DNA of 64,000 bases, taken from NCBI RefSeq assembly GCF_006345805.1, contig NW_021832563.1, positions 31,811 through 95,810 of the forward strand. The letters are read 5' to 3'. Positions 50,124 to 63,579 of this stretch are shown piece after piece (positions within the stretch are counted from its first letter, which is position 1; each line of letters begins with the position of its first letter). The translations under genes were made by a program, and so were the position numbers. The notes beneath the pieces were generated by a model. That model had not been told where the DNA came from. It made no database searches and saw only the letters and a list, made by a program, of their open reading frames with translations. This DNA comes from Octopus sinensis. Its lineage: Eukaryota.

Positions 50124-50220
50124 CACACATATAGAAGGTTTAAGAGGAACACTCGACTTGATATGTATGGAAAAAAAAGTCAAAGTATAAAATGCTAAAA
50201 TAATTTTATAAAAAACACTT

Positions 50221-50256
50221 CAGTACCGGTTTCTGTCACTTAGACATTTTCAACTG
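50221..50256 (-). ncRNA. Degenerate minimal hammerhead
   Basis: Minus: cag-TTGAAAA-tgtc-taagt-gaca-GAAA-CCG-GTA-ctg; stem III ACCGGT is palindromic; two core substitutions. Confidence 0.5.
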
Positions 50257-50328
50257 CAAGTGTGGAAAACTATTAAATTTGGAAAAATTAAAAGGAAAGT
50301 TTTTAAAAGAATATTTGCATAGGCTATA

Positions 50329-50586
50329 GGCGCAGGAGTGGCTGTGTGGTAAGTAGCTTGCTAACCGACCACATGGTTCCGGGTTCAGTCCCACTGCGTG
50401 GCATCTTGGGCATGTGTCTTCTGCAATAGCCTCGGGCCGACCAATGCCTTGTGAGTCGATTTGGTAGACGGAAACTGAAAGAATCCTGTCGTAATATATA
50501 TATAATATATATATATTATATATATATAATATATATATAATATATAATATATATATATATATATATTATATATATAATATGTGTAT

Positions 50587-50618
<32 letters not shown>

Positions 50619-50795
50619 ATGTATATGTTTGTGTGTCTGTGTTTGTCCCCCTAGCATTGCTTGACAACCGATGCTGGTGTGTTTACGTCTCCGTCACTTA
50701 GCGGTTCGGCAAAAGAGACCGATAGAATAAGTACTGGACTTACAAAGAGTAAGTCCCGGTGTCAAATGACTGAAACAAGTAAAAGAGTAAAGAGT
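50329..50795 (+). mobile_element. SINE family B (a further partial copy at 50931-51134)
   Basis: Head, internal (AT)n and gactgaaacaagtaaaagagtaa tail. Confidence 0.92.
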
Positions 50796-51517
50796 ATAGT
50801 ATTCAAAAACAAGAGGCATTTTCCTTGTTTCTGCCAACTCTGTCTCTCTTGTTTACTCTTTGCTCGCTTTATATATTATATATAAAGCGTACAAAGACAC
50901 CTAGGTGCTGTAAGCGTAAAAATAAATTTAGGCGCAAGAGTGGCTGTGTGGTAAGTAGCTTGCTTACCAACCACATGATACCAGGTTCAGTGCCACTGCG
51001 TGGCACCTTGGGTAGTGAATTTGGTAGACGGAAACTGAAAGGAGCCCGTCGTATATATGTATATATATACATGTGTGCGTGTGTGTTTGCGTGTCTCTGT
51101 TTGTCTCCCAACATCACTTGACAACCGATGCTGGTAAAATAATTTTTACAAACACGTTTTTTTTAAAAATCATTTTATTATTCCATTTTTATTATTTTAT
51201 TAAAAAATTTTAAAATCGAGTTTCAGGTAGAGACTAATGGATCCCCAAGGACACCCTGCCGTACAGCTCCCACCACTGCGTCAGTGCCCACAGTGCACTT
51301 GGAGCCACTTACCGAAAGATCGCCGACTGATCCATTTCTTTCAAACCGGGCGATTAGGTTTCGAATCACGTTATCGCTAGGAGATAGTAAAACATTGCCG
51401 GTATTCTCTCTGAGTTTGAATTATTGATCTTTCACTGGAAAGGAAAAACCTTAATGAGTTTTACTCGTTGCTCTACATCATACGTAGCCATTTTAATCTC
51501 CAAAGCATGCTCTATAA

Positions 51518-52461
51518 CATAGGTTCTCAACCCTTGACCCATGGAACCACAAATGCCTCCCCACCCCCGAAAATATTTTTATTTTTCAATATATTACTTC
51601 TTTTGATTTCGTTTTTTGGATTTGGTTTGCAAGATTCTTTATGCGAGTTCGTGTGTTGAAGCATATTCTGTTGTATCTGGGGAGTCATTCTCTTTTGGTG
51701 CCTTATAATTTAACACACTCACCGGTAAAATTTCCACTTATTTCTTTTTTATTTTTCTAAAATTTTCGTTGCGTCTTATAACCTTTTTAATAGTTTAGAC
51801 TCTACACTCTGTCTTCTATAACACTAACAACAAATCTAATGACATGACAAGGATCTACCCCACAGACTTACCCTTTAACAAAAGGGTATGTATCCCACCC
51901 CAAATTAACAGTAAAACAGAAGCAAAGACCTCTTTAGCTAGAAATAGACTCCGATACAACAAATCCACGAAAAAACATAGTGAGGAGGGGACCCATCAAC
52001 TCAGTGCATCTTTTGACAAAGGCCTACTATATTTTTAGAGAGTCAAATCTATTGAAAAAATTTGCAAGACGCAACGAAAATTTTAGAAAAATAAAAAAGA
52101 AATATGTGGAAATTTTACCGGTGAGTGTGTTAAATTATAAGGCACCAAAAGAGAATGAATCTCCCCAGAAACAATCGAATACTTATTTTGAAATCAGCAA
52201 ATAATGATTAAAAAATAAAGGACGTTGTTTTATATATGCACGTGTACGCGATCGCGAGTACAGATGCGGAAATTGAAACGCAAAAGAAATGAAATAATAA
52301 TTTGAAAGTTTGGTAATTCCGTTTATTTCCACCACGCGACACTTACGAGAGCAACGTGTTGTCTATCGAAAGAGTGCTCTTTGGTACAAGAGAGCCCCTT
52401 TACTCCAAAACGCCGCCCCCCCCCCCTTCGAGCTCCAAATGGCCCCCGTTGAGAACCTTTG
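51518..52461. mobile_element. hAT-type non-autonomous element (944 bp)
   Basis: TIRs cataggttctcaac / gttgagaacctttg; 8-bp TSD ctctataa / ctctatag (7 of 8 identical). Confidence 0.75.
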
Positions 52462-52939
52462 CTCTATAGCATGTAAACAATAAAAAAAAAGATAGAGACT
52501 GAAAACGAAACAAGCTAGGACCTTTCCAAACCTTTCAGTTTTTCAGTGGCCACCCTGTAGATGCTAGAGAGCCGACGGTGATGTTGATTGTCATCATTGT
52601 ATTGGTGGAGGTTTGAGTGGTATGTAGTTGTAGAGGTTAAAGTTATTGCTATTCAACCCTCCACCACTACCACCACGTCAGCATTCCATGCATGGCCATC
52701 GAGATTGTTTTCCGTAGCCGGGTTCTAGACGTATATATACAGATACATTAAAAAAAACGCACTTATAGACACAATGACACATATTTATACACACATTATA
52801 TAGCCACACACATTTCTCTCCCACACTCACATTATATAGCCACACATGCAGCTATGTAGACATACACACACATTCATATATCTCAGACATACATATACCT
52901 TATCACTGCAGCCATACACACCCGTATAAACGCATACGC

Positions 52940-55525
52940 ACTCATATATACTCAAATATACTTAAACCAGCGCATACTAAAATATACATACATTTATACA
53001 AGCATACATACATGCATAGATGTATACATGTATACATACACACATGCATACATAAATACATACATAACAGCAATTTATGCATACATACATATATGCATAC
53101 ATACATGTATGCATTCATACATACACACATACAGAAAAACATACATGCATATATACATGTATAGATGCATACATGCATGCATACATACATTAATGAATAC
53201 ATACATACATACTTGCATATATGCATGAATACATACATATATGAATTCATACCTGCATATATACATGTATGCATGCATCCATACATGCGTACGTAAATAC
53301 ATGCAGACATACATGCATAAATACATCGATGCATATATTCATACATGAATTCATACCTGCATACATACAAACGTACATGCATACATACATACATATGTAC
53401 ATACATACATAGATACATGCGTAAGTACATACATGCATACATACGCACATACATACATACATACATACCTACATACATACATACATACATACATACATAC
53501 ATACATACATACATACATGCATACATACATACATACATGTATACATACATACATGCATACATACATACATACATGTATACATACATACATGCATACATAC
53601 GTGCATACATACATACGTGCATACATACATACATGCATACATACATACATACATGTATACATACATACATACATACATACGTGCATACATACATACATAC
53701 ATACATACATACATACATACATACATACATAAATACATACATACATACATACATACATAAGTACATACATGCATACATACACACATACATACATACATAC
53801 ATACACACATACATACGTCAGCGAAATACTCACGCGTATACATACACATATATAAACAGACGCACACATATACCATGACAGCCACACAACCACATGGTCA
53901 CGGACTCTATTACGCACACATACACACATGCGTACTTCTGGAAATTCGTAGACGCATACTAACATATGTGTAGATGAATGCATAGGCACATAAACACACA
54001 CATTTATGCATTGACAATCTCAAACACATACTTGCGCATAAATGCATGAACGCACTCACCTGCACACAAACACATATACACACACACAGGCATATATGCA
54101 CACACAAATATTCACGCATACATAGACGGAAACACACACACAGAGACAAGTACAAACACATACACACACATACAAGCATATAATTCCATGAAAGCACACA
54201 TACAGAAATACATAACATTAACTTATAAATACACATACACACACACAAACACACATGAATACACACCCACAAAATACACGCACGCACACATTCGTACATA
54301 AGCTCATAAACACATGCAAACACACAAACACATACGTATACATATAATACAATTACACACATACACACACAAACGTACACACACATACACAAATATATAC
54401 ACACACGTACGTACATACATACAGGCATACATACATACATACATACATACATACATACATACACGCAAACATACATATAAACATGCATACTTACATACAT
54501 ATATACATGCATACATACATATATACATGCATACATACATACATACATGCATGCATACATATATACATACATACATACATATATACATGCATACATACAT
54601 ACATACATGCATGCATACATACATACATACATACATACATGCATGCATACATATATACATACATACATGCATGCATGCATACATACATACATACGTGCAT
54701 ACATACATGCAAACATACATACATACATACATATATACATGCATGCATGCATACATACATACATACATACATACATGTATACATACATGCATGCAAGCAT
54801 GCATACATACATACATACATACATGCATACATGCATACATACATACATACATACATACATACATGCATACATACATACATGCATACATACATGCATACAT
54901 ACATACATGCATACATACATGCATACATACATACATACATACATACATACATACATACATACATGCATACATACATACATACATGCATACATACATGCAT
55001 ACATACATACATACATGCATACATACATGCATACATACATGCATACATACATACATACATACATACATACATACATGCATACATACATACATACATACAT
55101 ACATACATACATGCATACATACATACATGCATACATACATGCATACATACATACATACATACATACATACATGCATACATACATGCATACATACATACAT
55201 ACATGCATACATACATACATACATGCATACATACATGCATACATACATACATACATGCATACATACATGCAAACATGCATACATACATACATATATGCAT
55301 ACATACATACATACATACATACATACATACATACATGCATACATACATACATGCATGCATACATACATACATACATGCATACATACATACATACATACAT
55401 ACATACACACATACATACATACATACATACATACATACATGCATGCATACATACATACATACATACATACATACATACATACATACATACATACATACAT
55501 ACATACATGCATACATACATACATA
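52940..55525. repeat. About 2.6-kb (ATAC)n/(ATGC)n satellite-like tract
   Basis: Direct reading; source of the longest ORFs in the track (YVCM/HTYI repeats). Confidence 0.95.
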
Positions 55526-55869
55526 AAAAGAAACAAACACGCAAGCGTAAACAATTAAACAGAAAGCTAGACAGACAAGAACGGAAGACATGCGCACTCG
55601 CAATTGGTCGGGAATTTGGAAGACGGCCTCCATCTTTGGCAAAGCTGGTTAGTGCTAACCATTGGCAAATAATTAAAGCGAAGCAGCGGGCTAGCGAAAA
55701 TTAAACATTATCTGAATTGAAGAGAATGGGAGAGACAGGAAATTAAAGTTTATTACAATCCGTCAGAAGAGAAATTCTTCTTAAGGGCAAATAAATGTGT
55801 TGAAAAACGGCTTTCATTCGTTGCTGTAGAGTTCTGCCTTAGGTTCAGATACTGTTTACGTGTAACTGT

Positions 55870-55877
55870 GCATGTAA

Positions 55878-55927
<50 letters not shown>

Positions 55928-57410
55928 CAGAGAGAGACAGAGAGAGAGACAGAAGAGAGAGAGAGAGAGAAAGATAGATAAAATGTGTGAGATTGGGTGA
56001 GAGTGTGTGTAGGGGGGTTAGACAAAGAATGTGAGAGATTGAGTGTGTGTGTGAGAGAGAGAGAGTGCGTGTGTATGTGTGTCCGTGAGTGTGTGAGTGT
56101 GTGTGTAAGGGAAAGAGAAAGAGAGCGAGAAAGATAGAGCGAGAAAGAGAGAGCGAGAGAGAGAGCGAGAAAGAGCGAGAGAGAAAGATAGAGAGAGTGT
56201 GAGAGAGTGTGTGTGTGGGGATAGACACAGAATCTGAGAGATTGAGTGTGTGTGAGAGAGACAGTGCGTGTGTCTGTGTGCTTGTGAGAGAGTGTGTGTG
56301 TGTATGTGAGGGAAAGAGAAAGAGAGAGAGTGTGTGTGGGAGAGAAAAAGAGAGCGAGAAAGAGAGAGTGTGTGAGAGAGTGTGTGTGTAGAGAGATAGA
56401 CAAAGAACGTGAGAGGTTGAGTTGTGTGTGTGAGAGAGAGAGAAGAGTGTGTGTGTGCGTGTGTGAGGGAAAGAGAAAGAGAGAGAGTGTGTGTGGAGGG
56501 GAGGTAAACAAAGAGTGTGGGAGAGTGAGTGTGTGTGAGAGAAAAAGTGTGTGTGGTATGCATTTGAGAGAGAGTGTGTGTGTACGCGTATGTGTGCGAG
56601 TATATGTGTATTTGTGTGAGAGAAAGGGAGAGAGAGTGTGTGAAAGTGTGTGTGGTGTGTGTGTGTGTGTGTGTGTGTTTGCATGAGAGAGGGTGGAGAG
56701 TACATGTGTATATATGTGTGTTTTTGTGAGAGAGTGAGAGAGTGTGTGTGTAAATTTGTGAGTATATGTAAAAGGGAGAGAAACAGAGAAACAGAGTGAG
56801 AGAGAGAGAGAGACAGATGGAAAGAGAGGGAGAGAGAGAGAGAGAAAGAAAGTGCTACGAAGAATGAGGTAGACAGAGGGAAAGGTAAGCGGTGATAATA
56901 AGATACGAAGGATAGAAAGAAAGAGACGAAAAGAGTAGAGAAGGGAGAGAAAGAGAGAGAGAAGGAGACAGTGAGAGAGATAGTAGGAAAGAGGGATAGG
57001 AAGAATGGGGTTGGTGAGAGGAGATGAAGTGAGGGTGAGAGTGAGAGTAAGAGGATGCGAGAGAAGGAGAGGAAAAGTGGAGATGAAAGAGAATGAGGTG
57101 AGAGAGGGAGAGATAAATAAGTAGAGAGAGATAGAGAAGCAGACAGCGGGAGAGATAGAGAGACAGAGAGACAGAGAAGCAGAGAGAGAGAGACGAAAAG
57201 AGAGACAGATAAAGAGGCAGAGAGAGCGAGAGAAAGAGAAAAGAGATGGAGGTAGAATAGAGATAGAGAGAGGGAGAGAGACACAAAGAGAGAGATAGAG
57301 ATTGAGAGAGAGCAGGAGAGAGACAGAAAGAGAAATAGGGAGAGAGAGTGAGAGAAAGAGATCGAAGGAGAGGAAGAGAGGGTGAGGAAGAGGGAGAGAG
57401 AAGACTGTGG
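55870..57410. repeat. (GA)n/(GT)n-rich low-complexity tract
   Basis: Direct reading. Confidence 0.93.
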
Positions 57411-58597
57411 ATGACCAGTGTGACCGGTGCTTGGCCATCAATGGCGATGGGCAGACAAAACGCCATCACAATCAAAAACACTGCAGGCCAGACGCACAGA
57501 CATGCAACCACACACACATACTTGAGTCTGCGCACACAGACACATAGAAACACACACACACACACGCACACACAAACATACATACATACATACACAGAGG
57601 CTTATATAAAATGCATCCAAACAGCCATAGATATCCACACGTTGAGAGAAATGAAATTCAAAGGATCTTCGTCAGTTTCGACGATGGCTCTCCTCTTATT
57701 TGATCAACTGAAATTAACTCTTCATTGCATTAACGAAACCAGTGGCTGAGTACTCCTCAGATACATATACCAAGAACGTAATTTTCAGACAGACTCGGTG
57801 TCATGCTATATGCGACAATTCCTTTTAAGTGTGGTTGAGTATTCCGAGAACGTATATAGTTATAAATCTCCTGGACATTACAGTTTTGACCCCTCGGGCC
57901 TGTAGGGCCAGATACCCAGTTTTCCTGGTGAATAAGTGACCGAGATTACAATATTCCCCCTGGATGGGCCACCAGTCCATCGCAGTGGTTACTCATTTGA
58001 AGTTGAGTGGATTGAAGTGTCTTGCTTAAGAACACAATGCAGTTTGGAAATCGAAACCACCGCGATCTTGCCATCGTGAATGCAATACCTACTTTCACAC
58101 ACACACATATACCCCGAGCGTAATACTGCGGGTAGAATCAGGGTGAGACAGTATGTGTGACAATATCTATTGAATTGCAGGTTACGATTGATCTCGTAAG
58201 TGGCTGTGTAATCCGAAGACCTATATACCCCGAAAGAAATTTCCAGGGTGGAATCAGGGTGGTATACGATGTGTGACAAGGCTGTAATTCTAGAATTACT
58301 GGTGTAGCCTATTCCATAGGCTTCCTCATTTCCCATCAACTCCAGTAGTTTCGCCTGCAAGTCTTGAGTCGAACCGAAAATTAGAATGATTGAAAAAAAA
58401 AAAGAAATAAAGACAAAGAAAAAAGGCATTAAATGGTGGCTTAGCTGGGTGGTTAGGAAGCTCGGTTTTGAGTCACATGGTTTCGGGTTCAGTCCTAATG
58501 CATAGCATCTTGGGCAAGTGTCTTCTACTATAGCTACGACCTACGCTTTGTAACTTGAATTTGGTAGACGGAAATTGTGTGAAAGCCCTATATATAG

Positions 58598-58852
58598 GTT
58601 AAGGAGGGGATCAACACTTTTGAGAGAACACGTATCCAGCATGAAGAACTTAAGCGAGCTGCACGAAAGCGCACGGCTCGTATAGTGAATGGGGAAAGCT
58701 TGGTCTGCAATGTTTGCAGTTATGTATGCTTGTCAAGAGCAGGGCTCATTAGCCACCAACGGAGCCACAAATGCAAAATATAAGTTAGTCCTAGAGCGCA
58801 CAATGTCGAAGGTCGGCAATGGTCTTCCTCGGTCACGAGTAGACGGCCATCA
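58598..58852 (+). pseudogene. 3' end of an RTE-like LINE (C-terminal C2H2-like finger plus short UTR)
   Basis: Frame 58598-58783 reads VKEGINTFERTRIQHEELKRAARK..LVCNVCSYVCLSRAGLISHQRSHKCKI*; not in the ORF track because it has no start codon. Confidence 0.75.
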
Positions 58853-59015
58853 TATATATATATAGAGAGAGAGAGAGATATTAAGATTGAGAAAAGAACG
58901 TTTTTAGAATGTTGAAAGACTCTAACCTTTGTGGGCTTTGCTTTTATAGATGTGCAAGCGGTTTCAGTTCTTAACGTTTTCAAGCACGTATTATCATATA
59001 TACATACGTATATAT

Positions 59016-59059
<44 letters not shown>

Positions 59060-59100
59060 GTATCTATATATATACAGGTATGTTTTGGTGTGTATATATA

Positions 59101-59131
<31 letters not shown>

Positions 59132-59214
59132 CTTATGTATGTATATGTATATATATTTCCACATATATGTATGTGTGTATGTATGTGTTTATATATAAAT
59201 ATATATATATAATA

Positions 59215-59458
59215 TAATTCGAGACAAAACCACTATTTTAAAACCAAACAAGGAAAGACTTAATCAATACATAAAATTTTTATATAAATTAAATAAATTT
59301 ATTTATTTATTTTATTATTTATTTATTTATTTTATTTATTTTATTTTATTTTATTTATTTTATTATTTATTTTATTTTATTTAATTTATATTAAAATTTT
59401 ATGTATTGATTAAGTCTTTCCTTGTTGGTTTTTAAAATAGTGGTTTTGTCTCGAATTA
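59215..59458. mobile_element. Inverted-repeat remnant (about 75-bp arms), probably Penelope-like
   Basis: taattcgagacaaaaccactattttaaaa.. versus ..ttttaaaatagtggttttgtctcgaatta around an AT-only spacer. Confidence 0.6.
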
Positions 59459-59807
59459 TCTCTCTCTATATAAACGGCAGTTTGTCTGCGCGTGTTTCTG
59501 TGTGTCTGTTGCTTGTACCCTCACCCTGACCACGGCTTTCAACCGATTCTGATGAACTTGACACACACATAGCCCAATGTCATAATTCAAAACTAACGCA
59601 GCGAAATTTTGAAAAGTTCCCCAGTTCTGAAAAAAATCGATAAATTCGACATGGGGGCGAGAATCAGAACACAACCGTCTAGGGGACGCAACTCCACCTT
59701 TTTTTAACTCTCAAAAAAATTTACCATCATTTTTTGGCTATAACTCTCTAAAAATGCTTTATAGTTATTTCCCTTACAACCTGAGCAACGCCGGGCGATA
59801 CTGCTAG
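59459..59807 (+). mobile_element. Non-autonomous Helitron
   Basis: A|TC start, cctgagcaacgccggg hairpin, CTAG|T end; a 5' fragment of the same family lies at 63580-63760. Confidence 0.85.
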
Positions 59808-60823
59808 TATTATATAAATTTTACTATAAAATTGGATTTAACCCTAAATCTGATTTTTCCCTGTAATTTTGGATTCATTCCCTAATATTTATTATTATTT
59901 TTAAATATATATATATATACACACATACATAGGTTTGTATGTATATACATACATACATATATATATATATGCGTGTATTGATATATATTTACATATATTT
60001 GTGTGTATGTGTATATGCGTGCAAGTCTGGATGTCTGTATTTGTCCACCCACCCGCTAACACCACTTGACACCCGGTGTTGGTTTGTTTAAGTTTCTCTA
60101 ACATCACGGATCAGCATAAGAGATCGACTTGAAAGAAAAAATAAGTACCAGACTTAGAATTGTTGATATTGGTGGTGGTGGTGGTGAGCGGATTGATGTG
60201 TTTGGCTAAAACCTTTCAAAGCTGTGCCCCAGCATGTCCGCAGTCCAATGACTTTAAATAGATAAAAAGATAAAAGAATATTAGAAAAAAAATCTCCCCC
60301 AAAAAATAAAAAAGAAAGAGAATTGTCGCTCATTAGGATCGAAACTAAGACCTGAAGACTACTAAACAAACTGCTTAATTCCATAAGCACCGTCGTCCCC
60401 GAATAAGCACACACATACATACATCTGTAGACGCTTATATGATTTGCTCTTCTCATTGAAGATCCAATCCAGATATGATAGGAAGCCATTTTTATTAAAC
60501 TTGCCCGTTTTCGAAAATGGATTCAGTTCTTTTTTCCCTCCAAAACCAAATTTTTCCTAAACTGGAACCATTGTCGCTGCTGTGGTGGCTGTCGTTGTTA
60601 TTGTTGCTGGTGTTGTTGTTGTAGCTGTGTTTGTTGTTGTTGTCCTTGCTGTTGTTATATTCTTTCAGTTTAGAAATTCTAATAAATTTATAAAAGTGTG
60701 TGTGTGTGTAAATGTATGTGCATGTATGTGTGTATGTGAGTGTGAATGCATATGTATGTGTGTATAAATGTATGTGCGTGTGTGTGTGTGCATATGTGTG
60801 TGTGCATGTGTATGCATATTTCT

Positions 60824-60871
<48 letters not shown>

Positions 60872-61349
60872 GGTTTTTGAAAAATCCACGTTCCTTTTCC
60901 TGCAGGCTCGAAAACACCGCCTCGGGCCTCAAATTGAATTTTAAAAGACTAACTTATGAGAAAAGAAGACATACCATCAATCCATCCATCCATCCATCCC
61001 TCCATCCATCCATCCAACTCTCTCTCTCTTTCTCTCTCTCCTCCTCTCTCTCTCTTTATCGCTCCATGTCTTTGTCTCACTTTCCCTAAATTTCCCCCTT
61101 CTTTCCTCAGCCCCTTCCCTATGTCTCTGATCCCATTTGTCACTCTCCCAGCTGTCTCTCTCTCTCAATATGCATGCATGTATAAAACACACAGCCATGG
61201 ATTTCAACATACATATGTACAAATATATATACACACTCACATGCACACACACACTCACGCATATATATATGTGTGTGTGTGTATATATATGTGTGTATAT
61301 ATACACATACACATATATACATATGGATATATATATATATGTATGTACG

Positions 61350-61380
<31 letters not shown>

Positions 61381-61875
61381 TTCTGTGTGTGTATGTGTGT
61401 GCGTGTTTGTATATACATGTAAACATACATACCTAAATACACAGGGAGAGAGGGAGAGAGACATGTAAATACATAGCATACTCATATAAACACACACACA
61501 CACCTGCATATACATTCAAATGTATTATATATATATATCTATATATATCATATATATATATCCACGCACACACATACACACACACACTCACACACACAAA
61601 TATATATATATAGACACATATATACTCATACAAATAAAGCGAGATTTGAGGAGGAGCAAAACATAGAAACCCATGAAACGCATGCGCACAAACATACGCA
61701 AATATCTATAAATACACATCTTTTCACAGCTACATTAAATCAAAGCAATGATTACATTCTTAGCTATATTAATAAAATTCAATTTTAATTCGAGAAGGGC
61801 CTGGGTGGAGAGGTAGTGTTTACGCGGTACAATTCGTAGAGTGACCAATAAAATTGCGTTACCTTTCTTTTCGAA

Positions 61876-61993
61876 TATAGGCGCAGGCATGACTGCATGG
61901 TAACAGATTTGCTGTCCAGCTTCATGGGACTGAACGCAGACCCATGAAGGCGGACAGTAAACCTCCTACCATACAGGCATCCCTGCGCCTATA
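61876..61993. repeat. Hairpin made of two inverted SINE-B-like heads
   Basis: About 53-bp imperfect arms starting tataggcgcagg, with a 12-nt loop. Confidence 0.7.
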
Positions 61994-62155
61994 CATATCG
62001 ACTGTTTACTTAATCGACCTATCAGTCAACTTTTTGAAATTCCTTTCGTTGCCATGCGCGACCACTTCAATGATTTGCCTTTCTGCTTCAGGTCAGCTTA
62101 AATCAGTGTATGAAACATGACTTTGGCTGACATAATGGACTGATTTATAATAATA

Positions 62156-62487
62156 CTAGCAATATCACCCGGCGTTGCTCCGATTCCTTTCGACCCTTTA
62201 GAATTGGAATTTTTGAAAAGTAAAAGTTTTGCATTATGTAGCTTGTTATTCTCTTTAATTGAACATGTTTTCTGGTTGAAATACACCAAAAAAATGGCGA
62301 CACAGCAGTCAAAAAATCGTAAAAAATAGGGTTTTTCATGGAAAAAAATCACCTTTTTTATGTAAATAATTTTTGGTGTTAACATTAATTTTGGTCAACT
62401 TGCGCCGCAGGGTCTCGGAGGAAATAGTATTAGCTGAAGGCTACCAAACCTGCCACACAGACAACTTCAGCTTTATATATAGAGAGA
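62156..62487 (-). mobile_element. Non-autonomous Helitron nested in a SINE tail
   Basis: Paralogue of 44004-44397; TC and CTAG ends intact. Confidence 0.85.
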
Positions 62488-62742
62488 TAATACGTGCGCC
62501 CTTTTAAAGCCTAGCCAGGCTCATGGGTCCGGTTTCCCGGTTTCTATGGCGTATGTGCTCCCCAGCTGAACGGAACGCCAGTCCATCGCAGCGTTACTCA
62601 TTTTTGCCAGCTGAGTGGATTAGAGCAACGTGAAATGAAGTGTTTTGCTCAAGAACACAACGCGTTGCCCGGTCCAGGAATCGAAACCACAATCTTACGA
62701 TCATGGTACTGACACCCTAACCACTAAGCCACGCGCCTCCAC
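62488..62742 (-). mobile_element. tRNA-derived SINE (family D), full-length with a 15-bp TSD
   Basis: Minus head gtggaggcgcgtggcttagtggttagggtgtc..ggtttcgattcc; TSD tggactgatttataa at 62136-62150 and 62743-62757. Confidence 0.9.
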
Positions 62743-63579
62743 TGGACTGATTTATAAAGCAAATATTAATCAAGTAATCGATTAGTTAATTAACAAAGTT
62801 ACTATTAATTAAAGAAGTGAAATAGCACCAGCGCGTGTGTTTTGTATTAGTAGAATGACCTTCCCGAGATACAATACAATCAACTCAAAATATTCATTTA
62901 ATTAATCGTTTTCCAATCTGATGTCTTATTTTGAATCCTTAGGGCTCTATATGAATTTTTTTATCATGGTTGACTGTTCTCTTCAACCTTTCGATATCCG
63001 TAAAAGAATTTCTTATTTTTGCTTCATTACTGACTGAGCAGAGCATGACCGGTTGGTTGAAGAGTTAGTTTCACGTTCCTGAGTTCACGTGTTCGATCCT
63101 ACTGCGCGCTTGGTGGAGTCTTGGGGCAAGTGTTTTTAAGTTCGGGTAATGTAAACCATGTGAGTAAAATTGTTTTGATTGATACTATGCTGAAGCTCGT
63201 TAGATTTATTGTACCTGTATATTAAAAGTGTATGACCCGACATTGTCGTACCTTGTGTCACGCTGAGTCTACTTTAAGAGGGTTAGAATAATGGGCCACG
63301 TCTCTATTGATTTCATAAAAATTGAATCAACGAGGCTATACAATTAAATGGAAACGACTGTGTGTATGGTGTTCAGTCTCGTAGACTTTCTGTCGTAATA
63401 GCATTCATTCGACTAATAACGAGGTCAGTAAAGCTTTCCATTTTTAAGGCATTCAATCGATAAAGCATGTCAAGCAATTAGCGGCCAAAGCATTCCTTTC
63501 TGAGGCATTCAATCGAGTAAGCATGCAGAAAGTGAAGCATTCATTTTTAAGGCATTCAGCCTATACAGTGTTTAGTTTA

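Noticed and set aside
57989-58429. 146-aa minus-strand ORF with ATG
   Set aside because: It overlaps degenerate SINE sequence on the plus strand (gtggctg.., gtgtgacaaggctg, gaaatcgaaacc) and starts in a poly-T tract.
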